IMG/VR virus record: IMGVR_UViG_3300048930_000192
Coordinates: 67,811 to 131,810 of that record
Strand: one strand, 5' to 3'
DNA from: a virus
Length of the DNA: 64,000 nucleotides
Notes under the pieces: model-generated
What the model saw: the letters and a program-made list of their open reading frames with translations, nothing else
Told to the model about the DNA's origin: nothing
The model's database searches: none
Part shown: positions 48,843 through 59,981 of the stretch, piece by piece
How positions within the stretch are numbered: position 1 is the first letter of the stretch
Layout of the letters: every line of letters begins with the position of its first letter
Made by a program: the position numbers and the translations under genes

Positions 48843-50329
48843 ATGAATAGAACCATAATATCAAATGCTATTGCCAGATCGAATGACAAGGGAGCAATTA
48901 TCCTGTGGATCGAATATTCGGGTAAGATTGACGGGAACAGAGTATGGGACCCAAACATTTTAAAATACCTCGATTTCCATGAGAATGGGTCGTATGATAT
49001 AGATTCTGTGGTGTTTGTTGATCCAACGGGAGTAGAGGATAGATGAATAATCTAATAGAAAAAAGAACTATTAATTGGGCGAGTATTCATATACGATACA
49101 AGTTGAATTATAATTTGTTCATATATTACAATGGTCTTATTACTAATTTCCCAAAATATCCAGATTTTAAAATTGACGGATCATATGAGTTATACAATTC
49201 TTGTAGCCCCATTGGAATAATACAATATGACGAAACCGGATTATAATAACCCCAAAATAGATATTGGATATTATTTAATGTCTAGATACGACAATGACGG
49301 GTATGTGAAGATGTATTTTTACTACAACGGTGAATTAATATTAACCCCTTGGCAAACAAATTTTGGCGAAGACGGTGGATATTATTTCGACGGCCTTCAA
49401 TACTTTGAGTTCGATGAAACAGGGATACCAATATATGAGTAAATCTAAACCACATAAGTCATTTTTAATGACTCCCATTAAAAATAAAATGCGATCTAGA
49501 ATTTATTATGATGGATGTATACTTGTTGAAACACGAGAAAAATCTGTATTGGATATCTATAGATTTAAGGAGTATGGTGTGAGTGGCGAATATGGTGGTT
49601 GGAAAACGCCATGGGTAACTGAAACCGGGTTAACAGGGTTCTAGCACCATTATATGGGATTCAATATATATGAGTAAATCTAGAAAATGTAAAGAATGGA
49701 TTAATATAACTGTAAATAAACATATAACTAGAATTTACTATGATGGATCTCATTGGGGGTTTCTGTACGTCGCCACGGGCGATCCACTAGAGTGTTATTT
49801 TGATAACGATGGGAGATATTGGATCATGGGAAAATCCATTGATGAGACTGGGCTATGAAAACTAATGGCATAATAGGATGGCATTCAATATTTAGATCAA
49901 AGAGGGTTACCAAATGAATTTTAGGTCACTTACATCGATTTCAATTTACAATTCATGCGGATCTTTCCTGCACATTTACTATGACGGAAGTATATCGGCC
50001 CGTGGTTGCAGTGGTATTTTTTATGAGGATGGTGGATATCTATCCAATAATTATTATTTTAATGAGACAGGTCTATGAAAACAAATACTAAACTTACTGA
50101 CTGGATCATTATAACTTCTTTTGGTACATATAAAGTCATCCTCGAATACAACGGCAGTATACTGCACTTTTTTACTAAACTGGCATCAAAAGAAGAAAAA
50201 CTAAATTACAATGGTATAAAAATAGCGGAATCAGATGGTGAATATTATATGGTAAATTGCTCAGTCGATTCAACCGGAATTATAGACCAGACCTATAGAG
50301 GTCGATTAAAATTCGATGACTTGACTTGA
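48843..50329 (+). CDS. Second array of 7 mini-protein genes (48843, 49043, 49227, 49435, 49670, 49914, 50075)
   Basis: All with YxG..GxY..(D/T/N)xTG. Confidence 0.85.
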
Positions 50330-50392
50330 CTAGATGATGCCACGAAGATATAATATCTCGAATCGCGTAGTTTTCACGAATCGTATAAATGA

Positions 50393-50465
50393 TGGGTTGT
50401 AGCTCAGTTGGTAGAGCAAAAGATCGATAATCTTTAAGTCATAGGTTCGAGTCCTATCAGCCCAA
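50393..50465 (+). tRNA. tRNA-Ile (GAU)
   Basis: TAGCTCAGTTGGTAGAGC D arm; AAAGA-TCGATAA-TCTTT. Confidence 0.9.
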
Positions 50466-50669
50466 TTTTGGAGATGTATTAAATGCCAGATTTAGAGCGC
50501 CTCACAGATGACCTTATGCTAGACCTAAGCAAAGGCGACGAATCAAAACACCAATATTACATTGGCTATATTACAGGTAAAACTACTGCAAGAAAAGAAA
50601 TTGCATTTGCCGCTATTGTTCTTGGCGTAATTATCTGTGTGTTTGGCTTCTTTGCTTCTTGAATATAAA

Positions 50670-51650
50670 ATGAGCCACATCAATCAAATCTCAAATTCAT
50701 GGCGCCGTCTAGTTGGCACCAATAAAGTGCTTCTGATGGTTTCTGGTGGCGTAGACAGCATGGCTTTAATGGAAACCGCATTACGAGCCAATGTTGACTT
50801 TGAGGTGTTGCATATTACCCATGATATGCGACCTGCAAGCGAAACTGATAATGACCGAAAGATCGTGGAAGAATATTGTGCCGACCACGATGTTCCGTTT
50901 CATAACATTGCCGTTACAAGTGAATCCAAGACTGAAACAGATTACCGCAATCTTCGAGTAAAGGTAATCTGTGATCTTACCAATGAACTTGGCATCAAAT
51001 ATGTTGCCACTGGGCACCATTCAGATGACCAGATTGAAACCATTTTGATGAAGATTTGTCGAGGTTGCGGCCTTGAAGGCCTGAGTGGCATTGCAGAGAC
51101 CTCAGAATATCCGACCGTTGATCCGCAATTTACATATGTTCGGCCACTACTGAATACTCCAAAATCTGTTCTTATTGATATTTGCCTTGAAAATAATGTG
51201 CGATGGCACGAAGATGTTACCAACGCAGATGCCGATATTACTCGGAACGCGATTAGAAACAAGGTTGTGCCACTACTCAAGCAATTGTACCCTGGCATTA
51301 ACTCTGCATTTAATAACATGGCTGACAATTCTCGAATGGCACTTGACCATATTACCAATGAAGTATCTGAATATATTGCCTCGCAATTAGACGAATATGG
51401 CTCTGGCTGCTTTGACCGCAAACAGCTAAAGGCCAAGAGCGATTGCTTCATTCGGTATTGGCTAATTGGTATTCATAGTCATAATAGCTATAATGGTATG
51501 GACAAATTGAAGAAAACGTATACTATGGAATTCATCAAGTGTATTAAATCAACCAAAGTAAGGAACACTGTAATGAGATATGGTAATTGCGAAATGTTCT
51601 TTGCCAGAGATAAGATTTACGTTATTGGTCAACCGCATAATCAAAAATAA
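50670..51650 (+). CDS. tilS: tRNA(Ile)-lysidine synthetase
   Basis: VSGGVDSMAL PP-loop, TGHHSDDQIETILM..RG.GL.GL.GI, VRPLL, W.ED.TN..RNAIR. Confidence 0.9.
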   Translation: MSHINQISNSWRRLVGTNKVLLMVSGGVDSMALMETALRANVDFEVLHITHDMRPASETDNDRKIVEEYCADHDVPFHNIAVTSESKTETDYRNLRVKVICDLTNELGIKYVATGHHSDDQIETILMKICRGCGLEGLSGIAETSEYPTVDPQFTYVRPLLNTPKSVLIDICLENNVRWHEDVTNADADITRNAIRNKVVPLLKQLYPGINSAFNNMADNSRMALDHITNEVSEYIASQLDEYGSGCFDRKQLKAKSDCFIRYWLIGIHSHNSYNGMDKLKKTYTMEFIKCIKSTKVRNTVMRYGNCEMFFARDKIYVIGQPHNQK

Positions 51651-53616
51651 AGATATAATTATCGTGCGTAACGATTGATGTAGACTTACCACAAGTCTAC
51701 AATATATCACGTTCGTATAGACAAAAGCGAGACAAAATATGCCAAATGACTTTTTCAGCCGTGAAAATCTTGAGAACCTTGAAAAAAGGCCACATCTGCC
51801 AACAGAAGAGGAATTGGAAGCTTCTATTGAGGATCCAAAGAACACTGTTCTTAACCTTATTGGCCATATGGTAGACAATAAAATGTTGGCTTTTAAGTTG
51901 GATGTTGACACCAAGAGGTTTGACGAAAAGGACACCATGAGGGTGATTGTTCTTGGTGTCAAGGCCCTCAAAAATGTATTGTATCGCCTCGGTAAGGAAA
52001 ATGATATTTCCAAAGAAGAAATTGATGCCATTATAGATGACGATTCTAATGGTGGCATGCACTTTATCTAAAAAGAGATATAAAATGAAAAGACCAAAGT
52101 TAATTTTTGACATGGCTAAAATGTCTGGTATAAGTGCGCCTATAGATTATTCTGAACACCGATCAATTACTGCTGCCGACTTGGTAAAATTAGACAGAAA
52201 AATCAACCAACCGATGATTTATACCACAACTACAGCCACAATATATAAAAATCAATCTCAATCGCATATGGTCGAAGAAAATTGTATTCTTAAAGTTTAC
52301 ATAAACGACAAACAATCCCGAATTATTCTGCACTGTAGAAGGCCTTGTAACAACAAACATGCTACTGCCGGCTATTACTATAATGACCGAATATTTGAAA
52401 TAGCAAAGACAGACCATTTGTCGAGAACACTTAACCGAGCAGGCCAAACTCTTCGGTGCAGACTTAGTTGCTTAAATGGCACAACTTTTGAATATAAGCG
52501 GTCTAAATTTACTGAATGTACCACTGAAAGTGTTAAGTTTATGTTTGGTAAAGCATATATGATTATATAAATATCGTAATGAAATCCAGACTAGAAATAA
52601 TTAAGGCTCTTTTACGAAAACAAAGTTTAGAAAAAATGAAGTCTACCGGTATTACACGGTCTAAATCTTGGGGTGGTAAACCAACCGCCAAGAAAGATCG
52701 AGTTTCGTCCAAGAAGAATCTTCGGTTCAATTCATAGGAGTATGTGTGTTGTATACTAATAAGTTTGAGGTCGCTACCCAAATTACTCGTTCGTATACCG
52801 CAGTTACTAAATCTGGGCACGAAATTACTGTGCAAGCACCAGCATTGGCTTCTGCTCAGGAAATCTTCAAGAGTAAGATGCCTGCATCTATGATTTTGCG
52901 CATTAAAGATAACAACGGTAAAGTTGTTTGGCGCAACAGTCACCTAATGTGACGCATTTGAGAGGAACTTAGATAATGCCGTATTATGTTTGCTATAATG
53001 AGAATGAGAATGGATATTGGAATAGGTCAATGGGGTGGGTGCAATATAGATTGGCAGACCATTATACTGCGATGGAAGCAAGAAATAATGAGCCGCCTCA
53101 TGGTGGCGTTTGGATTCTTGTAAGTGAAGCCGCAAAAAATGAAACTCCATAATTGTGTGGAGTTTGTTTATTGGTGTTTAAATTATGGAAAATAATGTTT
53201 TCGATGTGTCGGAATTATTTCGAGGCGTGGTAGAGGTGCATGATACTCCAATGCAATATGTTAAAATGTTAGTTTATAATAACAATACCACGTCTATTGT
53301 TATTCTTAACAAGTCAGGCCAACTAAATTACTTTTCGCCAACAGCAGATGCTATTTTGCCAACTTTGGCTGACCCGATTCTTTTGTCGTCAAGCGGCGAA
53401 TGCTGCGGGGGATCAGCAGATATAACCAATAATTATACCGAATTCATTGAATGTTGGTCTAACAACAGCCAAAAGTTTAATGATATTATAATGTCGTAAA
53501 GATATGGTCTAACTTATATTAGACGATCGACTTGACTTGAATATGCCAAGTCGATATAATATTTTGCGTACATTCTATCGACTAGCTGTAAACTTTCCCA
53601 ATCAGAGGTTTGGCAT

Positions 53617-54051
53617 ATGAATGTTAAATTATTTGCCATGTGTTCATTTGTGGCAGTCAGCAATTGCTTTGCAGTTGATCCGGGATGGTCTGATTCAGAA
53701 TGGCGGTCATTTTACGACGCTCTGAGGCAAACTGAAACTGGTGCAGAGCCAAACGAAGGATTGGGTGCAGTTGGCGACAATGGCAATGCAATTGGACCGT
53801 ATCAAATTTGGGATGCGTATTATGCCGACGCCAAGCAATACGACAGTGGTATTGGTGGCGTCTACGAGGATGTTAAAAACGACAAGGCTTTAAGTGAAAG
53901 AGTGGTAAAGGCGTATATTTGCAGATATCTTCCAAAGAATGGTTCTATGGAAGATGCCGCTCGAATTCATAATGGTGGTCCAAAGGGGCATAAGAAAAAG
54001 TCAACTTTGGGTTATCTTAAGAAGTTTAAGAAATTTTTGCTTGGTACTTAA
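53617..54051 (+). CDS. Lysozyme-fold muramidase with signal peptide
   Basis: ETG..GDNGNAIGPYQIW..Y.DA..ARIHNGGPKG. Confidence 0.8.
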   Translation: MNVKLFAMCSFVAVSNCFAVDPGWSDSEWRSFYDALRQTETGAEPNEGLGAVGDNGNAIGPYQIWDAYYADAKQYDSGIGGVYEDVKNDKALSERVVKAYICRYLPKNGSMEDAARIHNGGPKGHKKKSTLGYLKKFKKFLLGT

Positions 54052-54063
54052 TAGGAAACAAAA

Positions 54064-55242
54064 ATGACTGGTTACAACTTTGTCGTTAACGGTCGGCAAT
54101 ATACTCCTGTGCCGAAGGACTCTGCTATTGCAGACGGCTTTAAGCCTGGCTGTTATGTCATTAAGCACCGAATGAATGGCCCGGACTATTTCGAACCGGT
54201 AACCAATGTTAATATTCCAAAGAAGATTTATGGCGATTGCACTCGATATGCAAATCGAATTTGGAAACAATTCAAGGAATCTAATGAAAATGTCGGCGTT
54301 CTTCTTTCTGGTGAACGAGGCAGCGGCAAGACTTTGTTGAGCAAGGTCATTTCTAATATGGCCATGCAAGAAGGTATGAGTACGATTTTGGTAAATGATC
54401 CAGAAACCGGATCTAGATTCGGCGAACTGATGCAGATGATTCCACCATCTGTTGTTATTCTGGATGAATTCGAGAAAATTTACGAAAAAGATGACCAGAT
54501 GAAGATGCTAACGGTGCTTGATGGTGTTTTGAGCAATCGGCATCTGTTCATTATTACGGTAAATGACTATAGTATGCTCGACGATCACCTATTGAATCGC
54601 CCGGGGCGAATTCGGTATCGTATCAAGTATAATGGTCTAAGCGAAAGCGAAATTCGGGAATATTGCAACGAGGTTCTGATTGACAAGGGTCAAATTGAAG
54701 GCATTCTTATGCTAACCTCAATGTTCCACAAATTTAACTTTGATATGCTTCGAGTTTTGGTTGAAGAAATGAATAAGTACGGCGAAACTGCAATTGAAGC
54801 CGTGCAAATTCTTAATATTGATCCCAGCCATAGCGAGCGTTTGTTTGAATATAGGGTATTCATTAACGATATTGAGATTGACACCAATTTATACTATAGC
54901 TATGGCATCGGTCGTCAAAATCCTATGTCTCAAGATTGTGATGACTCAAATTTGCATATTAGGTATGGTCTGCAAGCAATCAAAGTTGGCTCCAAAATTG
55001 TCCAAACAAACTCGGATCAAGAAACTACCCTTTATCAATTGCTGGCTAATTCAACCCCCAATATCAATCAAAAATATTCTTCTGATGTGGGGTATGAAAA
55101 TGCTATATCCAAAGAAAATCTCGTATCTCATAATCACATTGACGGAAAATATGTATATGTCATAAAGGATGGTAATCTGAATGTAAAGATTGTCTTTACC
55201 AGAGAAAGTCGCAAAAATGACTTTAATTATTATGCCTTCTAA
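54064..55242 (+). CDS. AAA+ ATPase
   Basis: GERGSGKT, ILDEFEK, LLNRPGRIRY. Confidence 0.9.
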   Translation: MTGYNFVVNGRQYTPVPKDSAIADGFKPGCYVIKHRMNGPDYFEPVTNVNIPKKIYGDCTRYANRIWKQFKESNENVGVLLSGERGSGKTLLSKVISNMAMQEGMSTILVNDPETGSRFGELMQMIPPSVVILDEFEKIYEKDDQMKMLTVLDGVLSNRHLFIITVNDYSMLDDHLLNRPGRIRYRIKYNGLSESEIREYCNEVLIDKGQIEGILMLTSMFHKFNFDMLRVLVEEMNKYGETAIEAVQILNIDPSHSERLFEYRVFINDIEIDTNLYYSYGIGRQNPMSQDCDDSNLHIRYGLQAIKVGSKIVQTNSDQETTLYQLLANSTPNINQKYSSDVGYENAISKENLVSHNHIDGKYVYVIKDGNLNVKIVFTRESRKNDFNYYAF

Positions 55243-55667
55243 GTTATGAACGGCATAAGTTATTTTGATAAATGATCTTGACTTGAATTTGCCAATCGTC
55301 TATAATTTTCTGTGAATTTCTCGAAACTCTTTAATTTGGAGAAGCCATGATTTACAACGGCGATTTCCCAGTCAATGTCAAGATGCCGATTCGCAATAAG
55401 GAAAAGGCTGCAATGAAAGTCGGACCGACTTTCAAGAAGATTGACCTTCTTGACCTAGAAGCAGAAGCAGAGGGCAATGCTATTCGCCGAATGAAAACTT
55501 CATTCAGTAGTGGCAATAATCCTGTTCTTGGTCGTCGCCTTGTTCGTCAGGGTGTCAAAGAGAGCCGCGGGCGAACGATGGTTGGCAATAAGAGAGTTGT
55601 GAACCTTACCAAAGATCACAACGCTGCGCGTGAAAAGTATATCATTGGCTCCGAATAAGGAATTAAA

Positions 55668-56603
55668 ATGTCAGACGATAAACTGGTTCACATCTTAGGA
55701 CCAAAGACCAATCTAGACATTGGCGATTGCGGTAGCAATGAATACGACGGTGTTGTTTATCCTTACGATTCCGGATATGCAATCCAGTATATTGAATATA
55801 CCACGTTCTCTGGTGGTGAAATTCATCTAGATATGGAGAATTGCTTTAGTAAGATTAATTACCATATGCCAAGTGTTATCAGGGCACGACTACAATCAGC
55901 CAATGATGTTATGGCTCTATTTTCGCTAATGGATATCTATAAGCGCCGTGGCCATATTCCGGATATCTTGGAAATTCCATATTTCCCATATGCTCGTCAA
56001 GACAGGGCAACTACACCGTATACCAGTTTCAGTTTGAAGTGGTTTGCCGATCTAATCAATACGTTTAATGCTCCGTATGTATTTTCTTATGATCCGCACA
56101 GTGTAGTTACACCAACACTGGTCAATAATTTCAGATCACCAGATATCACTGGTTGTATGTCATTGGCGATCAGTAAGGGTTGCCGATCATTGTTCAACGG
56201 CAACGACTATACTGTGGTATCACCAGACGCTGGCGGCTACAAGCGGGCAAGCCAATTTGCCGAAAAGATCAAGATGCCGTTTGCTACTGGTATGAAAGTC
56301 AGAAATCCTGCTACTGGCAAAATTGAAAAAGTCGAAATCTTTGGCGATGTTGGTGAAAATGCAATTATCATTGATGATATTTGCGACGGTGGCCGAACCT
56401 TCATTGAACTTGCAAAGATCCTAAAAGAGCAAAGGGGATGCAAAAAGGTTGCATTGTATGTTACTCACGGCATTTTCAGCCGTGGTCTAGAAGTGTTTGA
56501 TGGTCTTATTGATAAGATCATTACCACTTCGTCGTTTGTTACACCGTTTACAGACGTTAATAATCCGTTGTTGCACGTTGAACATATTAACTTTCCACGA
56601 TAA
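55668..56603 (+). CDS. Ribose-phosphate pyrophosphokinase homolog (NARP1 Adps-like)
   Basis: FSGGE, PYFPYARQDR, DPHS, VSPDAGG, IIDDICDGGRTF, VTHGIFS. Confidence 0.92.
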   Translation: MSDDKLVHILGPKTNLDIGDCGSNEYDGVVYPYDSGYAIQYIEYTTFSGGEIHLDMENCFSKINYHMPSVIRARLQSANDVMALFSLMDIYKRRGHIPDILEIPYFPYARQDRATTPYTSFSLKWFADLINTFNAPYVFSYDPHSVVTPTLVNNFRSPDITGCMSLAISKGCRSLFNGNDYTVVSPDAGGYKRASQFAEKIKMPFATGMKVRNPATGKIEKVEIFGDVGENAIIIDDICDGGRTFIELAKILKEQRGCKKVALYVTHGIFSRGLEVFDGLIDKIITTSSFVTPFTDVNNPLLHVEHINFPR

Positions 56604-56615
56604 AAAGGAGATATC

Positions 56616-58136
56616 ATGCAAATCAGTCCGCTCCATTCTTGCGATTTTTACAAAGTAGTCCATCGAGTCCAATATCCGGAAGGAACCCAAGAGGTATATT
56701 CCAACTTTACTGCTCGAAGTGGCAAACTTGGTAATGTACACCCAGATAATTTTAGCGGTGTTGTGTTCTTTGGTTTGCAGCACTTTATCCTTGACTTCCT
56801 GATGAAGGACTTTAATGATATGTTCTTCAATCAACCAAAGGCGACTGTTGTTGCTCAATACAAGCGCCGTCTAGACAATGCTCTTGGTAGGGATGCAGTT
56901 GCAGTTGACCACATCGAGGCTCTGCATGATCTTGGGTATTTGCCGATTGAGATTCGTGCATTGCCCGAAGGTACTATTGTGCCTATTGGTGTGCCGATGA
57001 TGACAATTCGTAATACTCATCCAGATTTCTTCTGGTTGACTAACTATCTGGAAACTGTTCTTAGTAACAATCTATGGAAGCCAATTACGTCTGCTACTAC
57101 TGCCCATTATTACCGTATGTTGCTTGATAAGTGTGCAATTAAGACCGGTGCTGATTTGGGATTCTGTCAGTTTCAGGGGCACGATTTCAGTTGCCGTGGC
57201 ATGAGTGGTATGCATGATGCCGCTCTTTCTGGCGCAGCCCATCTTATTAGTTTCGCTGGCACAGATACAGTCGCAGCCATTGATTTGCTTGAATATAGTT
57301 ATGGCGCAAACAGTGATGATGACCTGATTGGCTGCTCTGTTCCTGCCACAGAGCATAGTGTTACGTCTGCCGGCGGTCCAGAAAATGAGAAGGAAACTCT
57401 GCGCCGAATTATTCAAGATGTTCATCCTTCTGGTATTGTTAGTTTGGTTGCCGACACTTATGACCTTTTCTCTGTCATTTGCAACTATGCCGCAGAATTG
57501 AAGCCTCTAATCATGAGCCGAAACGGCAAGGTAGTGTTTAGGCCTGATAGTGGTGATCCTGTTCTTATCATCTGCGGCGATGAGAGTGCAACATCTGGCT
57601 CGCCCGAGCGAAAGGGTGTTATTGAGTGCCTGTGGGATGTGTTTGGTGGCACTGTGAACGAAAAGGGATATAAGGTACTGGATGGTCATGTTGGTGCTAT
57701 CTATGGCGATAGTATTACATATGATCGCGCCCGGTCTATCATGACTCGCCTAGAAGAAAAGGGATTCGCATCTTCTAATATCGTCTTTGGTATTGGATCT
57801 TATACCTATCAACATTGTACCCGAGATACTTGGGGTATGGCTGTCAAGAGCACCTATTGCATCATTGATGGCAAAGGCAAGGATATCTATAAGGACCCAA
57901 TCACGGACAATGGCACCAAAAAGAGCCTGCGTGGTAGAATTGTTGTTGTGCAGAAGGATGGTCGATTGGTTGCAAATGACGGGCAGCAAGACTATGACTG
58001 CCTTGGTAATATGCTTCAAGTAGTGTTTAGGAATGGCACTCTTATTAAGATGCAAGATTTGGTTGAAATTCGTGACCGTCTTGCAAGCCAACGGGCCAGT
58101 GCCGTTGGTGCCGAGATCGAGGTTGCAGTAAACTAA
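56616..58136 (+). CDS. Nicotinamide phosphoribosyltransferase homolog (NARP1 Namat-like)
   Basis: DFYK.H..QYP, HDFSCRG, SVPATEHSV, RPDSGDP, IYGDSIT, KDPITD.G.KKS. Confidence 0.93.
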   Translation: MQISPLHSCDFYKVVHRVQYPEGTQEVYSNFTARSGKLGNVHPDNFSGVVFFGLQHFILDFLMKDFNDMFFNQPKATVVAQYKRRLDNALGRDAVAVDHIEALHDLGYLPIEIRALPEGTIVPIGVPMMTIRNTHPDFFWLTNYLETVLSNNLWKPITSATTAHYYRMLLDKCAIKTGADLGFCQFQGHDFSCRGMSGMHDAALSGAAHLISFAGTDTVAAIDLLEYSYGANSDDDLIGCSVPATEHSVTSAGGPENEKETLRRIIQDVHPSGIVSLVADTYDLFSVICNYAAELKPLIMSRNGKVVFRPDSGDPVLIICGDESATSGSPERKGVIECLWDVFGGTVNEKGYKVLDGHVGAIYGDSITYDRARSIMTRLEEKGFASSNIVFGIGSYTYQHCTRDTWGMAVKSTYCIIDGKGKDIYKDPITDNGTKKSLRGRIVVVQKDGRLVANDGQQDYDCLGNMLQVVFRNGTLIKMQDLVEIRDRLASQRASAVGAEIEVAVN

Positions 58137-59068
58137 AATATCACGGCTCAAATTATAATTTGAGCGTTCGCTTGACTTGACTTTACCAATCTGATATAAT
58201 TATGTGTCAGATCAAATTTTGTTAGAAAGAGAACACATGGAAATCAATATTGTAGGCGCGTTTATTGACGAAATTGGCATTGAACTAAACAATATTTCTA
58301 ATATTGTTGGCCCGGAAAATGTTACTGTAGACCAGATTTACTCTACTCCCGATTTGGTTAATCCAGAATACTGGCACGATCAAATCCTGATGGAACTAAA
58401 TGGCAATCAAACTCGATTGGTTCTTGAAACCGTAGCCTCTACTAAGTATCACGGATCTAATATTCCAGGTGAAACTTTTGTTAAAACGATGTTAATGGAA
58501 TTGCAAGATTGTGATCCTAAGATGTGGGGTCAGATTATTTCTAGTAGCTATCTTAGCAAGATTTATACCGACACAGTTGGAGTATAAAGAATGTCGGAAA
58601 AATTGGATCCAGTGCAGTTGACGATTGCAACCAGCAATGTAGTTGCCAGTAAAAATGGTAGTATCTATGAAGCAATTGCAAGTGCTGCCATGCAGAGTAA
58701 GAAACAAGAGGAATTAAACAAAAAAGCAGCCGCAGAACTTATTGATAAAATACCAGAAATGTGTAGGGTTGCATCTGGCAAAGGCGAATGGTCTATTCGA
58801 GTGTGTGCCGCAGAGGGTAGTTTTTATTCTACTGGCAAGTCTCACCCAATATGCGGTGGTATATATTATGGCACACCATGTGGTTCAACCACAATGGTAT
58901 ATGATTACTGCGTGGCTATCTTTGGTAAACTAAGAACTTTCTTTACCCGTGTTGACGGCGAATACTATCTAAATGTTACATGGGCAGAAATTACAGATGA
59001 GCAATTAAAGAATTTGGATAAATCGAATGATCTACCTAACAGCTGATTCGCATTTTGGGCACTAAATC

Positions 59069-59102
59069 AACTCCTCATATAAATACAAATATATGAGGAG
59101 TT
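59069..59102 (+). promoter_or_regulatory. T4-type late promoter TATAAATA inside an RBS-sequestering hairpin
   Basis: AACTCCTCATAT-AAATACAAAT-ATATGAGGAGTT. Confidence 0.85.
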
Positions 59103-59108
59103 AAATAG

Positions 59109-59981
59109 ATGACAAGAAAGTACGAAAAAAGAATAGTAATTGACAAAATTTGTTTAAATTGTAATAAAAAATATAAAACTAAATTTGAGACACAAAAATA
59201 CTGTTGTAAAGTTTGTAAAAACCTTCATCAAAAAATAACTCAGATTGGCAGAAAATACAAACCAAAATACGGCAAAGAAAATTCTAACTACGGAAATAAA
59301 TGGTCGGAAGAACAAAAATTAAAGCAATCAGATTTGATAAAATCTAAGGTAAACGATGAATATAGATTCAAATGTGGATCTCCCAGAAGGGGTAAAAAAT
59401 TAGACAGAGAAACCATTATAAAAATGCACGGCAATAGGGAAAAATCGTCATATAGTCACCCGCACACAAAAGAATCCAAATTAAAAATAGGCATTAAAAG
59501 CAAAGAAAAATTTACACCAGAATATTTCAAAAAAATTCGATCTATAATGGAAAAAAATGGTAGTTGGGTACCTTTGTCCAAAAAAGAAGATAGATCGGTT
59601 TACTTCAAAGAATCAAACTGGAATAAAAAATTATTCGATGTTTTATATTCAAAATATAAAATATTAATAGAAACTTACGGAATATTTAATTCTACAAAAA
59701 ATAGTAGGGGTTGTGTGCGAGATCATATATTTTCCAGACAAAGCGCATTTGATTTGGGAGTTTTTCCAGAAATAGTAAGGCACATTGAAAATTGTCAAAT
59801 AATATTGCACAAAGATAATGTCAAAAAAGCATTCACTAAAAAAGACGGAATTTCATTAGAACAACTTTTTGAAAAAATAGAAAAAACTTCCCACGTATGG
59901 GAGGAACAAGAAATTTGTCTAAAATTGATAGAGGATTATAAAAATGGTAAAAGATGGATTAATAGATGGAAGGAGGACTAA
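59109..59981 (+). CDS. Putative homing endonuclease (Zn ribbon, NUMOD3-like, HNH-like C-terminus)
   Basis: C..C..KYC..C; HTKESKLKIG; RDHIFS..ENCQI..DN. Confidence 0.75.
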   Translation: MTRKYEKRIVIDKICLNCNKKYKTKFETQKYCCKVCKNLHQKITQIGRKYKPKYGKENSNYGNKWSEEQKLKQSDLIKSKVNDEYRFKCGSPRRGKKLDRETIIKMHGNREKSSYSHPHTKESKLKIGIKSKEKFTPEYFKKIRSIMEKNGSWVPLSKKEDRSVYFKESNWNKKLFDVLYSKYKILIETYGIFNSTKNSRGCVRDHIFSRQSAFDLGVFPEIVRHIENCQIILHKDNVKKAFTKKDGISLEQLFEKIEKTSHVWEEQEICLKLIEDYKNGKRWINRWKED

